Below, one piece after another: positions 20,770 through 30,656 of a stretch of DNA of 64,000 bases; within the stretch, counting starts at the first letter, position 1, and each line of letters begins with the position of its first letter. Made by a program: the position numbers and the translations under genes. This DNA comes from Acidobacteriota bacterium (GTDB lineage Bacteria; Bacillota; Syntrophomonadia; Syntrophomonadales; DTU052). The notes below the pieces were generated by a model. That model had not been told where the DNA came from. It searched no databases and saw only the letters and a program-made list of their open reading frames with translations. The stretch is taken from positions 11,315 through 75,314 of the forward strand of contig JBLNAX010000037.1 of the NCBI GenBank assembly GCA_050259595.1, given 5' to 3'.

Positions 20770-21438
20770 GTGAACACGCTAACGCTGGATATGGTCAAAA
20801 ACAATTCGGTGGTCAGGCTGTACATGGAAGAAGGCAACAAGTATATCGGGACCACTGGGGCAATAGAGCATAATTTATGCCACGCCCAGCTGATTTCTGA
20901 TCTGAGCTTTGAGATCCTTAATAAATTAGGCTATCCGAAGCGAGAAGCAGAATTGGCGGCTATCGCCGGATATGTCCATGATATAGGCAACCTGGTCAAT
21001 CGCTATTGGCACGGAACTTCAGGGGCGATCATGGTTTTTGACATGCTGCTCGATATGGATGCCGACCCTCTGGAAACAACCACTATAATGGGAGCTATAG
21101 GGACTCATGAAGAGCATGCGGGAGGGCGTCCGGTCAATAATGTAGCAGCGGCGGTAATCCTGGCTGATAAATCCGATGTAAACCGGAGCCGGGTACGAAA
21201 GCAAGATGCAGCTACCTTTACTACCCGAGACCGGGTTAACTATGCGGCTCAGGAATCGAGTCTTGAGGTGGATGCCGAATCGCGCCGCATTACGATGAAG
21301 TTAAAAATTGATGTTGCTATCTGCTCTGTAATGGAGTATTTCGAAATATTTCTAACTAAGATGATGATGTGCAAGCGAGCTGCCGAGTTTCTTGACTGTA
21401 CATTCGAACTGATCATCAATGATGTAAGGTTGCTATAG
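20770..21438 (+). CDS. HD-domain phosphohydrolase-like protein
   Basis: H...HDIGN motif plus a downstream metal-ligand His/Asp pattern. GTG start directly after the preceding stop. Confidence 0.7.
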   Translation: MNTLTLDMVKNNSVVRLYMEEGNKYIGTTGAIEHNLCHAQLISDLSFEILNKLGYPKREAELAAIAGYVHDIGNLVNRYWHGTSGAIMVFDMLLDMDADPLETTTIMGAIGTHEEHAGGRPVNNVAAAVILADKSDVNRSRVRKQDAATFTTRDRVNYAAQESSLEVDAESRRITMKLKIDVAICSVMEYFEIFLTKMMMCKRAAEFLDCTFELIINDVRLL

Positions 21439-21461
21439 TCTACGTGAGGGGAGGGCCCATA

Positions 21462-21773
21462 TTGACTGAGTTTAAACCGCAATGGGGCAATGAAACAACC
21501 GATTATCTGATAAAAGCCCTCAGGATGCTGCAAACCGAAGAAGAGATTTGCAGATTTCTCGATGATATCTGTACGATAAGCGAGCTGGAGGCCCTGGCCC
21601 AGCGCTTGCAGGTGGCCAAACTGCTTGCCCGCCAAGAGACCTATAATGAAATAGCTGGTCATACAGGGGCTAGTACCGCTACCATCAGTCGGGTCAAAAA
21701 GTGTTTAGTATATGGGGCGGGCGGCTATGAGCTGGTTCTGTCCAGATTGAAAGAAACGGGTGAAGAGGAATGA
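21462..21773 (+). CDS. yerC: YerC/YecD-family TrpR-like DNA-binding protein
   Basis: About 100 aa with LLT..E...L..R..VA.LL......Y.EI...TGAS.ATISRV, characteristic of TrpR-related YerC. TTG start after GAGGGGAGG. The stop overlaps the hisZ ATG (ATGA). Confidence 0.8.
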   Translation: MTEFKPQWGNETTDYLIKALRMLQTEEEICRFLDDICTISELEALAQRLQVAKLLARQETYNEIAGHTGASTATISRVKKCLVYGAGGYELVLSRLKETGEEE

Positions 21774-22891
21774 AGTACAAAGAGGTTGTAAAAGGGGCCA
21801 AAGATTATCTGCCACAGGAAGCGGCTTTGAAGAGAGAGTTCGAAAACCAGACGGTGGACATTTTCACGAGATGGGGATACCAGGAGGTAGTGACCCCTAC
21901 GTTTGAATATCTGGAAGTGATCGAAGCAGGTGCTGGTCAAGCTCTGCGTGATGAGCTGTTTGTATTCCAGGACCAGGATGGACGGCTGTTGGCGTTAAGG
22001 CCGGAAATGACAATTCCCATTGCCCGCATCGTGGCTACCAAACTGACCGATGCACCAACGCCGCTGCGCCTGTTCTACAATGCAAATCTATTCCGCCGTA
22101 CACAGCCGCAGATGGGGCGTTACAAGGAATTCTACCAATTAGGAGTCGAGCTGATCGGTGCTCCGGGGCCGATGTCCGATGCCGAGGTTATTGCATTAGC
22201 AGCAGAGACACTTATCCAGCAGGGTCTGGAATTTAAAATAAGCATGAACCATATTGGCATTGTTAACTCTTTGCTGGAAACCAGCGGCTTCAGTGCCGAG
22301 AATAAGGAAGAAGTAAAAAGCCTGATGCTGAAGAAAGACCTGGTAGGTCTAGGGAACAAGCTGTCTGGGCTAAAGCTCACAGCGGAGGTATATCAGGCAT
22401 TAAGTGAAATACCTGTCCTGCACGGTGGACCGGAGATCCTCAACAAACTGGGCGCCGTTCGGGCCATTCCGGGTATGAGCCAGGCTATAGACGAACTGGA
22501 ACAGGCTTATTCATTGCTTAAGCACTACAATGTACAGGATTCTGTAGTGATGGATCTCGGGATTTTAAGAGGTTTTGACTATTACACCGGAATCGTCTTC
22601 GAAGGATACTCGCCTAATCTGGGCTATCCTCTGTTAGGTGGTGGCCGGTATGATAACCTGCTTGGCAAATTTGGCAAACCCCTAGAGGCTACGGGATTTG
22701 CCGTAGGTGTGGAACGGGTCATGCTGGCCATGGACCACCAGAAACCCAATGCATCGGCCAGTTATATCATAAAAGGTTCCAACCTGGAAAAGATGATCGA
22801 GAAGGCACGGGAACTGCGTTGCACAGGCTGTATTGTGGAGATCGATGACAGCGCCAGTGATCAGGAAATGGTTGTTGAAGCAAAGCTCTAA
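21770..22891 (+). CDS. hisZ: ATP phosphoribosyltransferase regulatory subunit
   Basis: 373-aa HisRS-like catalytic core without an anticodon-binding domain, immediately upstream of a short-form hisG. Confidence 0.9.
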   Translation: MKYKEVVKGAKDYLPQEAALKREFENQTVDIFTRWGYQEVVTPTFEYLEVIEAGAGQALRDELFVFQDQDGRLLALRPEMTIPIARIVATKLTDAPTPLRLFYNANLFRRTQPQMGRYKEFYQLGVELIGAPGPMSDAEVIALAAETLIQQGLEFKISMNHIGIVNSLLETSGFSAENKEEVKSLMLKKDLVGLGNKLSGLKLTAEVYQALSEIPVLHGGPEILNKLGAVRAIPGMSQAIDELEQAYSLLKHYNVQDSVVMDLGILRGFDYYTGIVFEGYSPNLGYPLLGGGRYDNLLGKFGKPLEATGFAVGVERVMLAMDHQKPNASASYIIKGSNLEKMIEKARELRCTGCIVEIDDSASDQEMVVEAKL

Positions 22892-22970
22892 GGGTGATCC
22901 CCGGATCATCGGGGCGGATACACTTCACTAACGACGATTTAACACTTTTATTTAAAGCGAGGAAGAAGAT

Positions 22971-23624
22971 ATGAATTCCCAGTTGACTATTGCTCTGCCC
23001 AAGGGAAAACTGCTGGATCCGAGCCGCAAAATGCTGGCTGGCTTGAACCTGCCCTGGGAAGGGGTGGATGAAGAGAGCCGCAGTCTGGTCTTTGATTATC
23101 CTGAAGCTGGAGTGCGTTATGTAATGTGCCGGCCGACGGATGTTCCTACATATGTTGAGTACGGTGCTGCCGATTTAGGAATTGTGGGAAAAGACATCAT
23201 CATGGAACAGAACAAAGACGTTTTCGAGATGGTCGATCTGGGATTCGGCTACTGTCGTTTCGTAGTCGCCGTACCATCGGAGAGAGCCGATGAACCCTTA
23301 AGTGCGTTCAACTACCAGCGGGTAGCTACTAAATTTCCTCATGTGGCCGAAGAATTTTTCCGTGAACATGGCCTGCAGGTAGAAGTCATCAAGCTGCATG
23401 GCAATATCGAATTAGCCCCGCTTTGCGGCTTGGCTGAGATGATCGTTGATATAGTCTCAACAGGCAAGACACTTAAGGAAAACAATCTGGTGCCCAAGGC
23501 CGAGATAATTGAATGCACATCCAGACTGATAGTGAACCGGGTTAGTTATCGTACGAAGAACGAGGCGATCGAGCCTTTAATAAATAAGATCAATCAGATG
23601 ATTAAGGATGGTGTTTTGAAGTGA
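22971..23624 (+). CDS. hisG: ATP phosphoribosyltransferase (short form)
   Basis: 217 aa with LTIALPKG N-terminus and DIVSTG.TL motif. Confidence 0.95.
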   Translation: MNSQLTIALPKGKLLDPSRKMLAGLNLPWEGVDEESRSLVFDYPEAGVRYVMCRPTDVPTYVEYGAADLGIVGKDIIMEQNKDVFEMVDLGFGYCRFVVAVPSERADEPLSAFNYQRVATKFPHVAEEFFREHGLQVEVIKLHGNIELAPLCGLAEMIVDIVSTGKTLKENNLVPKAEIIECTSRLIVNRVSYRTKNEAIEPLINKINQMIKDGVLK

Positions 23625-24904
23625 TCAAGAGATTTGAAGGCAATACTCAGGAATTCAAAAGCTTCATAAATCAGGCCATGATCGATATGGAAAAAGCCGT
23701 TAAAACGGTTGAGGATATTCGTGATCTGATTCTGGGCAAGGGCGATCACGGCATTGTTGAACTCGGAGCTAAGTTTGACGGAGCCAACTTGTCTGCAGAT
23801 GCTCTAAAAGTGACCTGGGCGGAGATCGAGGAAGCTTACGAGAAGGTTGATGAAGACTATTTAGCGGCATTGGCTGAGGCTATTGCCAATATCGAGGATT
23901 TTCATCATAAACAGTTGAGTACAAGCTGGATGGAACCGGATGATTTCGGCAACATATTGGGACAGCTGCATCGCCCTTTAGACCGGGTGGGAATATATGT
24001 TCCGGGGGGGACGGCTGCTTATCCTTCATCAGTTCTAATGAACGCTATTCCGGCACAAGTAGCGGGAGTACGCGAAATCGCCATGGTTACGCCTCCGGCA
24101 GCGGATGGCAGCATGAACCCTTATACTCTGGTAGCAGCTGCGGAACTGGGAATCGAAGAAATATACAAGGTAGGCGGAGCTCAGGCGATCTTTGCCCTGG
24201 CTTATGGCACTAAGTCGATCCCGAAGGTAGATAAGATAACCGGCCCCGGCAACATGTGGGTAACCCTGGCCAAACGCATGGTTTACGGACAGGTGGACAT
24301 CGACATGCTGGCTGGCCCCAGTGAGATATTGATCGTGGCTGACGAAAACGCCGATCCGTCTTACATTGCGGCTGATATGATGTCCCAGGCCGAGCATGAT
24401 GTTAAAGCTAGATCCTTCGTGGTCACCACCAGCAGGGAACTGATCGATCAGGTGGAAGAAGAATTAGAAGTGCAAATCAAGACTTTGTCCAGACAAACGA
24501 TTATTAGAGAGTCTCTTGAAAACTACGGAGCATTCATCCTGGTAGATAATTTGATCGATGCACTTGCGGTGGCTAATGAAGTTGCACCTGAGCATTTAGA
24601 AGTAATAGTCGATGAGCCATTTAGCTGGCTTAGTTACATACAGCATGCTGGGGCTATTTTCCTTGGCCAGTATACTCCGGAGCCGGTCGGCGATTATATG
24701 GCTGGTCCGAACCACATACTGCCCACGGGCGGGACAGCCCGGTTCTATTCACCGGTAACTGTTGATACATTCATGAAGAAATCAAGCTTGATCTATTACA
24801 GTAAAAATGGGTTCGCCCAGTATCGCGATAGCATTATCAAATTGGCGGAGGTTGAGGGGCTGACAGCTCATGCCAACTCCATCAGGGTTAGAAAGGGGTT
24901 TTAA
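23621..24904 (+). CDS. hisD: Histidinol dehydrogenase
   Basis: 427 aa with SQAEHD and APEHLE motifs. The GTG start overlaps the hisG stop. Confidence 0.96.
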   Translation: MIKRFEGNTQEFKSFINQAMIDMEKAVKTVEDIRDLILGKGDHGIVELGAKFDGANLSADALKVTWAEIEEAYEKVDEDYLAALAEAIANIEDFHHKQLSTSWMEPDDFGNILGQLHRPLDRVGIYVPGGTAAYPSSVLMNAIPAQVAGVREIAMVTPPAADGSMNPYTLVAAAELGIEEIYKVGGAQAIFALAYGTKSIPKVDKITGPGNMWVTLAKRMVYGQVDIDMLAGPSEILIVADENADPSYIAADMMSQAEHDVKARSFVVTTSRELIDQVEEELEVQIKTLSRQTIIRESLENYGAFILVDNLIDALAVANEVAPEHLEVIVDEPFSWLSYIQHAGAIFLGQYTPEPVGDYMAGPNHILPTGGTARFYSPVTVDTFMKKSSLIYYSKNGFAQYRDSIIKLAEVEGLTAHANSIRVRKGF

Positions 24905-24906
24905 GG

Positions 24907-25503
24907 ATGGCCGAACCGGTTAGAAAAGGCGAGATCCAGCGCAAAACAAGTGAAACCGAAGTCTTTGTCAGTTTTGAATTGGATGGGATCGGGAACTACC
25001 AAATCGACACGGAAATCCCGTTCCTGGGGCACATGCTGTCCTTGTTTACCATGCACAGCTTGACCAACCTCACTATAACCGCTCGCGGGGACATTAACGT
25101 GGATTACCACCATACGGTAGAGGATATTGGAATCTGCCTGGGGCAGACATTAGGTCAGGCGGTGGGTGACAAAAAGGGCATCAACCGTTATGGAAGTGCT
25201 CTAGTCCCGATGGATGAAGCTCTGGCTCAGGTGGTCATCGACATGTCCGGTCGTTCTTTCATAGATTTCAATGTGGACTTTCCGACCGAAACGATCGGCA
25301 ATTTCCCCACTGAGTTATTTGAGGAATTCTTCAGAGCAGTGGCTTCCAATGCTGGTATGACGCTGCATATAGATGTTCTAAAGGGAACCAATTCCCATCA
25401 CATGATCGAGGCGGTATTTAAAGCTCTGGGCAGAGCTTTGCAGGTCGCCTGCAGCATAGATCCTAAAATGGATGGAGTCTGGTCGACTAAAGGCAAGCTG
25501 TAG
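24907..25503 (+). CDS. hisB: Imidazoleglycerol-phosphate dehydratase (monofunctional)
   Basis: 198 aa with R.T.ET.V and the repeated HH..E motifs. Confidence 0.95.
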   Translation: MAEPVRKGEIQRKTSETEVFVSFELDGIGNYQIDTEIPFLGHMLSLFTMHSLTNLTITARGDINVDYHHTVEDIGICLGQTLGQAVGDKKGINRYGSALVPMDEALAQVVIDMSGRSFIDFNVDFPTETIGNFPTELFEEFFRAVASNAGMTLHIDVLKGTNSHHMIEAVFKALGRALQVACSIDPKMDGVWSTKGKL

Positions 25504-25514
25504 GGAGAACAGAT

Positions 25515-25970
25515 ATGGAGCTGCAATGGGGAGAATTCATTATCTCCACGAATAAGGATGCTTTATCATTAGATGTGATCAGCGGCTTTCTTACTATGAC
25601 TTACTGGGCCAAGAAACGTCCTCTTGAGGTAATAATGAAGTCGATCGAGAATTCTATATGTTTTGGAGTTTATCACAATAATCGGCAGGTTGGTTTTGCC
25701 CGGGTGATCACAGATAATGCAACCATGTTCTATCTGTCCGATGTCTTTATAATTCCTGAATACCAAGGACGGGGATTGGGCAAATGGTTGGTCAGCAGTA
25801 TTGTGAATGATAAACGATTTACCAGCCTGAATGGAATTTTGGGCACTCAGGATGCCGAGGGGCTATATGAGAAGTTCGGTTACGTGGTTCCCCAAAAACC
25901 ACGAGTGCTGATGTTTCGGATGCCCTTGAAGAAATCAGATACAAAGCCTGGGGAGATCACAAATGATTAA
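25515..25970 (+). CDS. GNAT-family N-acetyltransferase embedded in the his operon
   Basis: Motif A QGRGLGKWL. Its 3' end overlaps the hisH start by 8 nt. Confidence 0.8.
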   Translation: MELQWGEFIISTNKDALSLDVISGFLTMTYWAKKRPLEVIMKSIENSICFGVYHNNRQVGFARVITDNATMFYLSDVFIIPEYQGRGLGKWLVSSIVNDKRFTSLNGILGTQDAEGLYEKFGYVVPQKPRVLMFRMPLKKSDTKPGEITND

Positions 25971-26568
25971 AATAATCGATTATGGAATGGGCAATCTTCG
26001 CAGTGTGCAGAAGGGCTGTGAAAAAGCCGGTCTGCAGGCGGAAATAACCAATGATCCAGATGAAGTCCTAAAGGGAGACGGGGTCATCCTCCCAGGGGTC
26101 GGCGCTTTTGCCGATGCCATTTTTCAACTAAAGCAAACGGGTCTGGATAAAGCGGTTCATGAGACAGTGAAGCTTGGCAAGCCGTTGCTTGGGATTTGTC
26201 TGGGTTTGCAGCTTTTCTTCAGTGAGAGCGAAGAAGACGGCATCTATGAGGGCTTGAATCTCATTGAGGGGCGTGTGGTTCGCTTCCCGCCCGGCCGCAA
26301 AGTTCCGCATATGGGTTGGAACCAGCTGGAGATCCAGGGCCAGCCACCGTTATTCAAGGGGATACCGGACCAATCATATTTTTACTTCGTTCACAGTTAT
26401 TTCTGCGATCCTATTGAACCGGTCACGATTGGTCTCTGTGACTATGGCATCAAGTTTACCTGTGCCGTGCAAAAAGGAAATGTGCTAGGTACACAGTTTC
26501 ACCCGGAAAAATCCAGTTCACTGGGGTTGACCATACTGAAAAACTTTGGGGAGATGCATGCTAAATGA
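25963..26568 (+). CDS. hisH: Imidazole glycerol phosphate synthase, glutaminase subunit
   Basis: GICLG nucleophile elbow and FHPEKS. Confidence 0.95.
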   Translation: MIKIIDYGMGNLRSVQKGCEKAGLQAEITNDPDEVLKGDGVILPGVGAFADAIFQLKQTGLDKAVHETVKLGKPLLGICLGLQLFFSESEEDGIYEGLNLIEGRVVRFPPGRKVPHMGWNQLEIQGQPPLFKGIPDQSYFYFVHSYFCDPIEPVTIGLCDYGIKFTCAVQKGNVLGTQFHPEKSSSLGLTILKNFGEMHAK

Positions 26569-27287
26569 TTATTTTTCCGGCGGTAGACATTAAGGATGGC
26601 CTGTGTGTGCGCCTGGTGCAGGGCCGCAAAGAGGATCAGACTGTATATTCGAAGGACCCGGCTCAAATGGCCAGACAATGGCAGTCACAGGGGGCTGAGT
26701 GGATCCACGTTGTAGATCTCGATGGGGCTTTTTCCGGGGTACCCAAAAACACTGAAATCATTAAAAACATTGCAGCGACCTTGACCATTCCGTTTCAGTT
26801 GGGCGGCGGCATCAGAGATATCGAAACCGCCCGCAGTTACCTGGAATTGGGGGTTTCTCGCATAATAGTCGGGACCAGAGCCCAGGAAGACCATTCCTTT
26901 GTTGAAAACTTGATATCTGAATTCGGGCCGGAAAAAATAATTGTGGGAATCGATGCTAAGAACGGCTTTGTGGCGGTCAAAGGGTGGGAGGACACCACCG
27001 AGACCAGGGCCATAGATTTGGCACAAGACATGATGAAAATAGGCGTATTGCGTACGATATACACTGATGTCAGCCGGGACGGGCTGCTGCAAGGTCCCAA
27101 TCACCAGGCCATTGGCGAGATGGCCAAGCAATCAGGCTTGGCTGTGATAGCATCAGGTGGTGTTTCCACGGTCGAGGATATCGTGAGACTTAGAGCCATA
27201 GCCGGAGTTGAAGGTGCCATCATGGGCAAAGCGCTGTATGATGGGAAAATAACTCTGGAAACAGTATTGCTGGCAGCCAAGAATTGA
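26565..27287 (+). CDS. hisA: ProFAR isomerase
   Basis: PAVDI.DG..VRL.QG N-terminus and (beta/alpha)8 phosphate-binding repeats. Confidence 0.95.
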   Translation: MIIFPAVDIKDGLCVRLVQGRKEDQTVYSKDPAQMARQWQSQGAEWIHVVDLDGAFSGVPKNTEIIKNIAATLTIPFQLGGGIRDIETARSYLELGVSRIIVGTRAQEDHSFVENLISEFGPEKIIVGIDAKNGFVAVKGWEDTTETRAIDLAQDMMKIGVLRTIYTDVSRDGLLQGPNHQAIGEMAKQSGLAVIASGGVSTVEDIVRLRAIAGVEGAIMGKALYDGKITLETVLLAAKN

Positions 27288-27296
27288 GGTGTTAAA

Positions 27297-28052
27297 ATGC
27301 TAGCCAAGAGGATAATCCCCTGCTTGGATGTCCACGCAGGACGGGTAGTCAAAGGGGTCAACTTCGTTAACCTGCAGGATGCCGGGGACCCGGTCGAACT
27401 GGCAGCTTTTTATGATTGTGAAGGGGCCGATGAACTGGTATTTCTAGATATAACCGCTTCTGCTGAACAGCGAAACATAATGTATGACGTGGCACGCCGC
27501 ACTGCTGAACAGGTATTTATACCGTTTACAGTAGGTGGTGGCCTGCGTAATATTGATGATATCCGCAACATGCTGAAAGCAGGAGCAGATAAGATCTCAC
27601 TGAATACGGCTGCAGTCAAGTCGCCATCCTTAGTCATGGAGAGTGCTAAGAAATTCGGCAGCCAGTGTATTGTGGTTGCCATCGATGCCCGTAAAGTTGG
27701 TGATGATCAGTGGGAGGTCTTTATCAATGGTGGGCGCACCGAAACCGGGATAGATGCGGTCTGGTGGGCTAAACGGGTAGAAGGACTGGGCGCTGGTGAG
27801 ATACTATTGACCAGCATGGACAAGGACGGAACCAAAGATGGCTATGACATAGAGGTGACCCGGGCTATCAGTGAATCGGTGGAGATTCCGGTCATTGCAT
27901 CCGGTGGGGCAGGCAATTTGGAACATTTGCGGGCCGCACTGGAAGAAGGCAAGGCTGATGCAGCATTGGTGGCTTCTATTTTTCATTACGGTGAGTACCG
28001 TGTAAGTCAGGCCAAGGAATACTTAGTAGAGAGAGGAGTGCCGGTAAGATAA
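27297..28052 (+). CDS. hisF: Imidazole glycerol phosphate synthase, cyclase subunit
   Basis: [10 protein letters not shown]-terminus, VGGG(I/L)R and SGGAG motifs. Confidence 0.96.
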   Translation: MLAKRIIPCLDVHAGRVVKGVNFVNLQDAGDPVELAAFYDCEGADELVFLDITASAEQRNIMYDVARRTAEQVFIPFTVGGGLRNIDDIRNMLKAGADKISLNTAAVKSPSLVMESAKKFGSQCIVVAIDARKVGDDQWEVFINGGRTETGIDAVWWAKRVEGLGAGEILLTSMDKDGTKDGYDIEVTRAISESVEIPVIASGGAGNLEHLRAALEEGKADAALVASIFHYGEYRVSQAKEYLVERGVPVR

Positions 28053-28705
28053 TGAGTTTTTGGAATGATGATCTCAAATTCGATGAAAACGGCTTAATAC
28101 CAGCCATCGTGCAGGACGTGGACAGCAAGGAAGTCTTGATGATGGCTTACATGAACCAGGAAGCACTGGAGAAGACGATCTCCACTGGTATGACCTGGTT
28201 TTATTCGCGCAGCCGCCAACAATTATGGCAAAAGGGCGAAACATCCGGCAACACCCAGAGTGTAGTCGAGATTCGCCATGACTGTGATTCCGATACTATA
28301 TTGGTGCTGGTGAAGGCTGCCGGTCCGGCTTGTCATACTGGCCATGAAACATGTTTCTACCGGAATATCGATGGGGAAGAATTGTCTGAACCCAAGTTTG
28401 ACCCGGATGTTGTTTATGGCACGGAAGGCCCGGCTATATTGTATGAATTGATCAACATACTGCAGGACCGGCGTGAACATCGGCCGCAGGGTTCATATTC
28501 GGCCTATCTTTTCAACGAAGGGCTGGATAAGATACTTAAAAAGGTCGGTGAGGAAACAGCCGAGGTGATAATAGCGGCTAAGAACTCAGAAGCCGGGGAA
28601 CTTGTTTATGAAGCCTCTGATCTCATGTATCATCTATTGGTTCTCCTTGTGGAAAAGGGGATCGATCTGGGCCAGGTCTTTGCTGAACTACGACGCCGAC
28701 GGTAG
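28052..28705 (+). CDS. hisI: Bifunctional phosphoribosyl-AMP cyclohydrolase / phosphoribosyl-ATP pyrophosphatase
   Basis: 217 aa with the SRSR...WQKGETSG and C.TGH.SCF cyclohydrolase part, followed by a MazG-like PRA-PH part. Confidence 0.94.
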   Translation: MSFWNDDLKFDENGLIPAIVQDVDSKEVLMMAYMNQEALEKTISTGMTWFYSRSRQQLWQKGETSGNTQSVVEIRHDCDSDTILVLVKAAGPACHTGHETCFYRNIDGEELSEPKFDPDVVYGTEGPAILYELINILQDRREHRPQGSYSAYLFNEGLDKILKKVGEETAEVIIAAKNSEAGELVYEASDLMYHLLVLLVEKGIDLGQVFAELRRRR

Positions 28706-28759
28706 TCAGGTGTAGTTGGATGTGTTTGATCTTGGCTAGTATGGAGAGGAGATAGAGGA

Positions 28760-29083
28760 ATGCCGGTAGTCAGTGTCAAAATGACCAGCGGACGAACAGA
28801 GGAAAAGAAGCAGGAACTGGTGGCGGCCATAACCCAAGACGTTGTACGCATTCTTAATGTCAGTCCGGACTGGGTTACGGTGGTCATAGATGAATATGAT
28901 CGAGAAAACTGGGCTTCGGGCGGGCAGTTGCACTCCATAAAGTATGGGCCAGGCAGTGGTTCTGCTGGTACTGATCAAAAGAAGCTCCGGATCAAAAAGA
29001 CTCCGTTAGTTGACGAACAAGAAAACCAAGCAGCTGCCCAGGATGCTGGTGATGACAATCCAGGTTTGCTGTTTGAGGAGTAG
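28760..29083 (+). CDS. 4-oxalocrotonate-tautomerase-like protein with long acidic/disordered C-terminal tail
   Basis: Pro at position 2 (MPVVSVK...) and a roughly 60-aa beta-alpha-beta unit, then about 45 aa of low-complexity tail. Confidence 0.7.
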   Translation: MPVVSVKMTSGRTEEKKQELVAAITQDVVRILNVSPDWVTVVIDEYDRENWASGGQLHSIKYGPGSGSAGTDQKKLRIKKTPLVDEQENQAAAQDAGDDNPGLLFEE

Positions 29084-29091
29084 AGGATAAT

Positions 29092-29484
29092 ATGCCGCTA
29101 GTTAAAGTGGAGGTTAGAGCAGGTCAAACGACTGAGCATAAGAATGCGATACTGGACGGGGTTCATCAGGCCCTTGTTCAGGCAATCAAGATCCCAGAAT
29201 GGGACCGAAATCAACGCCTGTATGAGCTGGATTCCGAGCATTATGAGATTCCGCCCAATAAAAGTGGAAATGCGGTCATCATTGAAATAACCATGTTCAA
29301 AGGTCGTTCCAAGGAGGCCAAACGCGAGCTTTACCGAGCAATCGTGGCTAACCTGGCTAGCAACCCCGGTATACAGGGTAATGATATCATGATCGTGGTC
29401 CATGAACCGCCCTTGGAAAACTGGGGCATTCGCGGTGGCAAAATGCCGGATGAAGTGGACCTGGGATTCAGTATAGAGGTTTGA
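29092..29484 (+). CDS. Tautomerase-superfamily protein (about 130-aa fused-repeat type)
   Basis: MPLVKVEV... with catalytic-type Pro1 and a second beta-alpha-beta half (IMIVVHE.P.ENWG..GG). Confidence 0.7.
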   Translation: MPLVKVEVRAGQTTEHKNAILDGVHQALVQAIKIPEWDRNQRLYELDSEHYEIPPNKSGNAVIIEITMFKGRSKEAKRELYRAIVANLASNPGIQGNDIMIVVHEPPLENWGIRGGKMPDEVDLGFSIEV

Positions 29485-29505
29485 TCCAAACAGGGAGGGG
29501 GCGCC

Positions 29506-29916
29506 ATGACAAATAGTTGTCAACAGCTCGTGCTGGTTCAGGTACCGGGGACATTTGCGGTTTGCCGCTTAAGTACTGATGAGCCGATTCCGAAGTGGGT
29601 GCTGAAGCTGAGCGGATTCTTCTCCATTACCCGTTCGGCAGATGAACTATCCGTTCTTTGTCCTGAAGTTCATGTTCCAGGTAATGTGAAATATGAAGGC
29701 GAATTTTCCTGCCTCAAGGTTCAGGGGCCTCTGGACTTTTCCATGTTTGGAGTCATGGCAGCATTGGTTGTGCCGCTGGCTGATGCCGAAATCAGTATAT
29801 TCGCCGTATCTACCTTTGATACGGATTATTTGCTGGTCAAACAGAGAGATTTAAAAAGTGCAGTACAAGTTTTACAGTCGGTCGGCCATAAAATAACCGG
29901 GAGTACCTCAAGCTAA
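29506..29916 (+). CDS. ACT-domain-containing protein
   Basis: 136 aa. A stand-alone ACT-like small-molecule-binding fold is inferred from the pattern ...FSITRSADELSVLCPE... GPLDFS.FGV.A.....LA...ISIFA.STFDTDY.LV. Confidence 0.6.
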   Translation: MTNSCQQLVLVQVPGTFAVCRLSTDEPIPKWVLKLSGFFSITRSADELSVLCPEVHVPGNVKYEGEFSCLKVQGPLDFSMFGVMAALVVPLADAEISIFAVSTFDTDYLLVKQRDLKSAVQVLQSVGHKITGSTSS

Positions 29917-30022
29917 TGACAAAAGAGAATCTCTGCGTTATTTAAAAAGCCCGTTCAATCAACGTACCTCGGTACGTATCAATCACAGACTTTTCAAATG
30001 CCTTGATCTTCACTCTTGTCAT
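29912..30022. mobile_element. MITE-like element, short copy
   Basis: It has the same terminal arms as 1834-2030 with the central about 80 nt replaced by an ACGTAC-CTCG-GTACGT hairpin. The ACT gene stop codon lies in its first bases. Confidence 0.55.
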
Positions 30023-30058
30023 ACGCTTGATTATACTGCCTACTTTGATGCAATCTGA

Positions 30059-30484
30059 TTACTTCACATCAGCCAGTTTTTCCATTATACTTGCCAAATT
30101 ATCATTGAAATATTGCTCAGTATCCTGATTTCTGTCTTTTTCCGAAGCATATTCGCTCCGTAGTTGGGTCAGTTCACCGCCATCCAACCAAAATCCAGCG
30201 CATTTTGGGCATTCATCGATTACCACTTGGCTGGTTAAACTAAAACGATGGCGCATCAATACAACATCAATGCATTTTGGACATTTGTATCGCTTATCTC
30301 CGGTCTGCACCTGATTCTTTCCTTTAATACCTTCGAGTTCGCTAGCCGGTTCATTACCCTCGTCAACTTTTTTTAGTTCAAACTGGTCAAACCACATTCC
30401 CCCACAGCCACTCTGACATACGTCGACTGTTAAGCTGCCGGAGTTTACCGCAATCAATTCGTTCTCACAAGCCGGACATTTCAT
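30059..30484 (-). CDS. Double zf-TFIIB-type zinc-ribbon protein
   Basis: Two CPxC...C..C(G)G.WFD/WLD..EL units. The ATG at 30484 follows GGGAGG. The track start at 30532 is unsupported. Confidence 0.75.
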   Translation of the reverse strand: MKCPACENELIAVNSGSLTVDVCQSGCGGMWFDQFELKKVDEGNEPASELEGIKGKNQVQTGDKRYKCPKCIDVVLMRHRFSLTSQVVIDECPKCAGFWLDGGELTQLRSEYASEKDRNQDTEQYFNDNLASIMEKLADVK

Positions 30485-30609
30485 GCTTATTTCCTCCCTG
30501 TGATAAATTATGGATAAAATAATAAATTCCACCCGAGTGATAATATTTCCTCTAACCAGGAATTAAGGAGAGACCTGGTTAAGGTTTCTAAGGTTTTCAA
30601 GAAACAATT

Positions 30610-30640
30610 AAGGGCTGGTGTTAAATCCAGCCCTTTTAAG
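30610..30640 (-). terminator. Probable terminator of the 30657-31391 gene
   Basis: AAGGGCTGG ... CCAGCCCTT hairpin with a modest U-tract. Confidence 0.5.
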
Positions 30641-30656
30641 ACTATTATCAATAATG

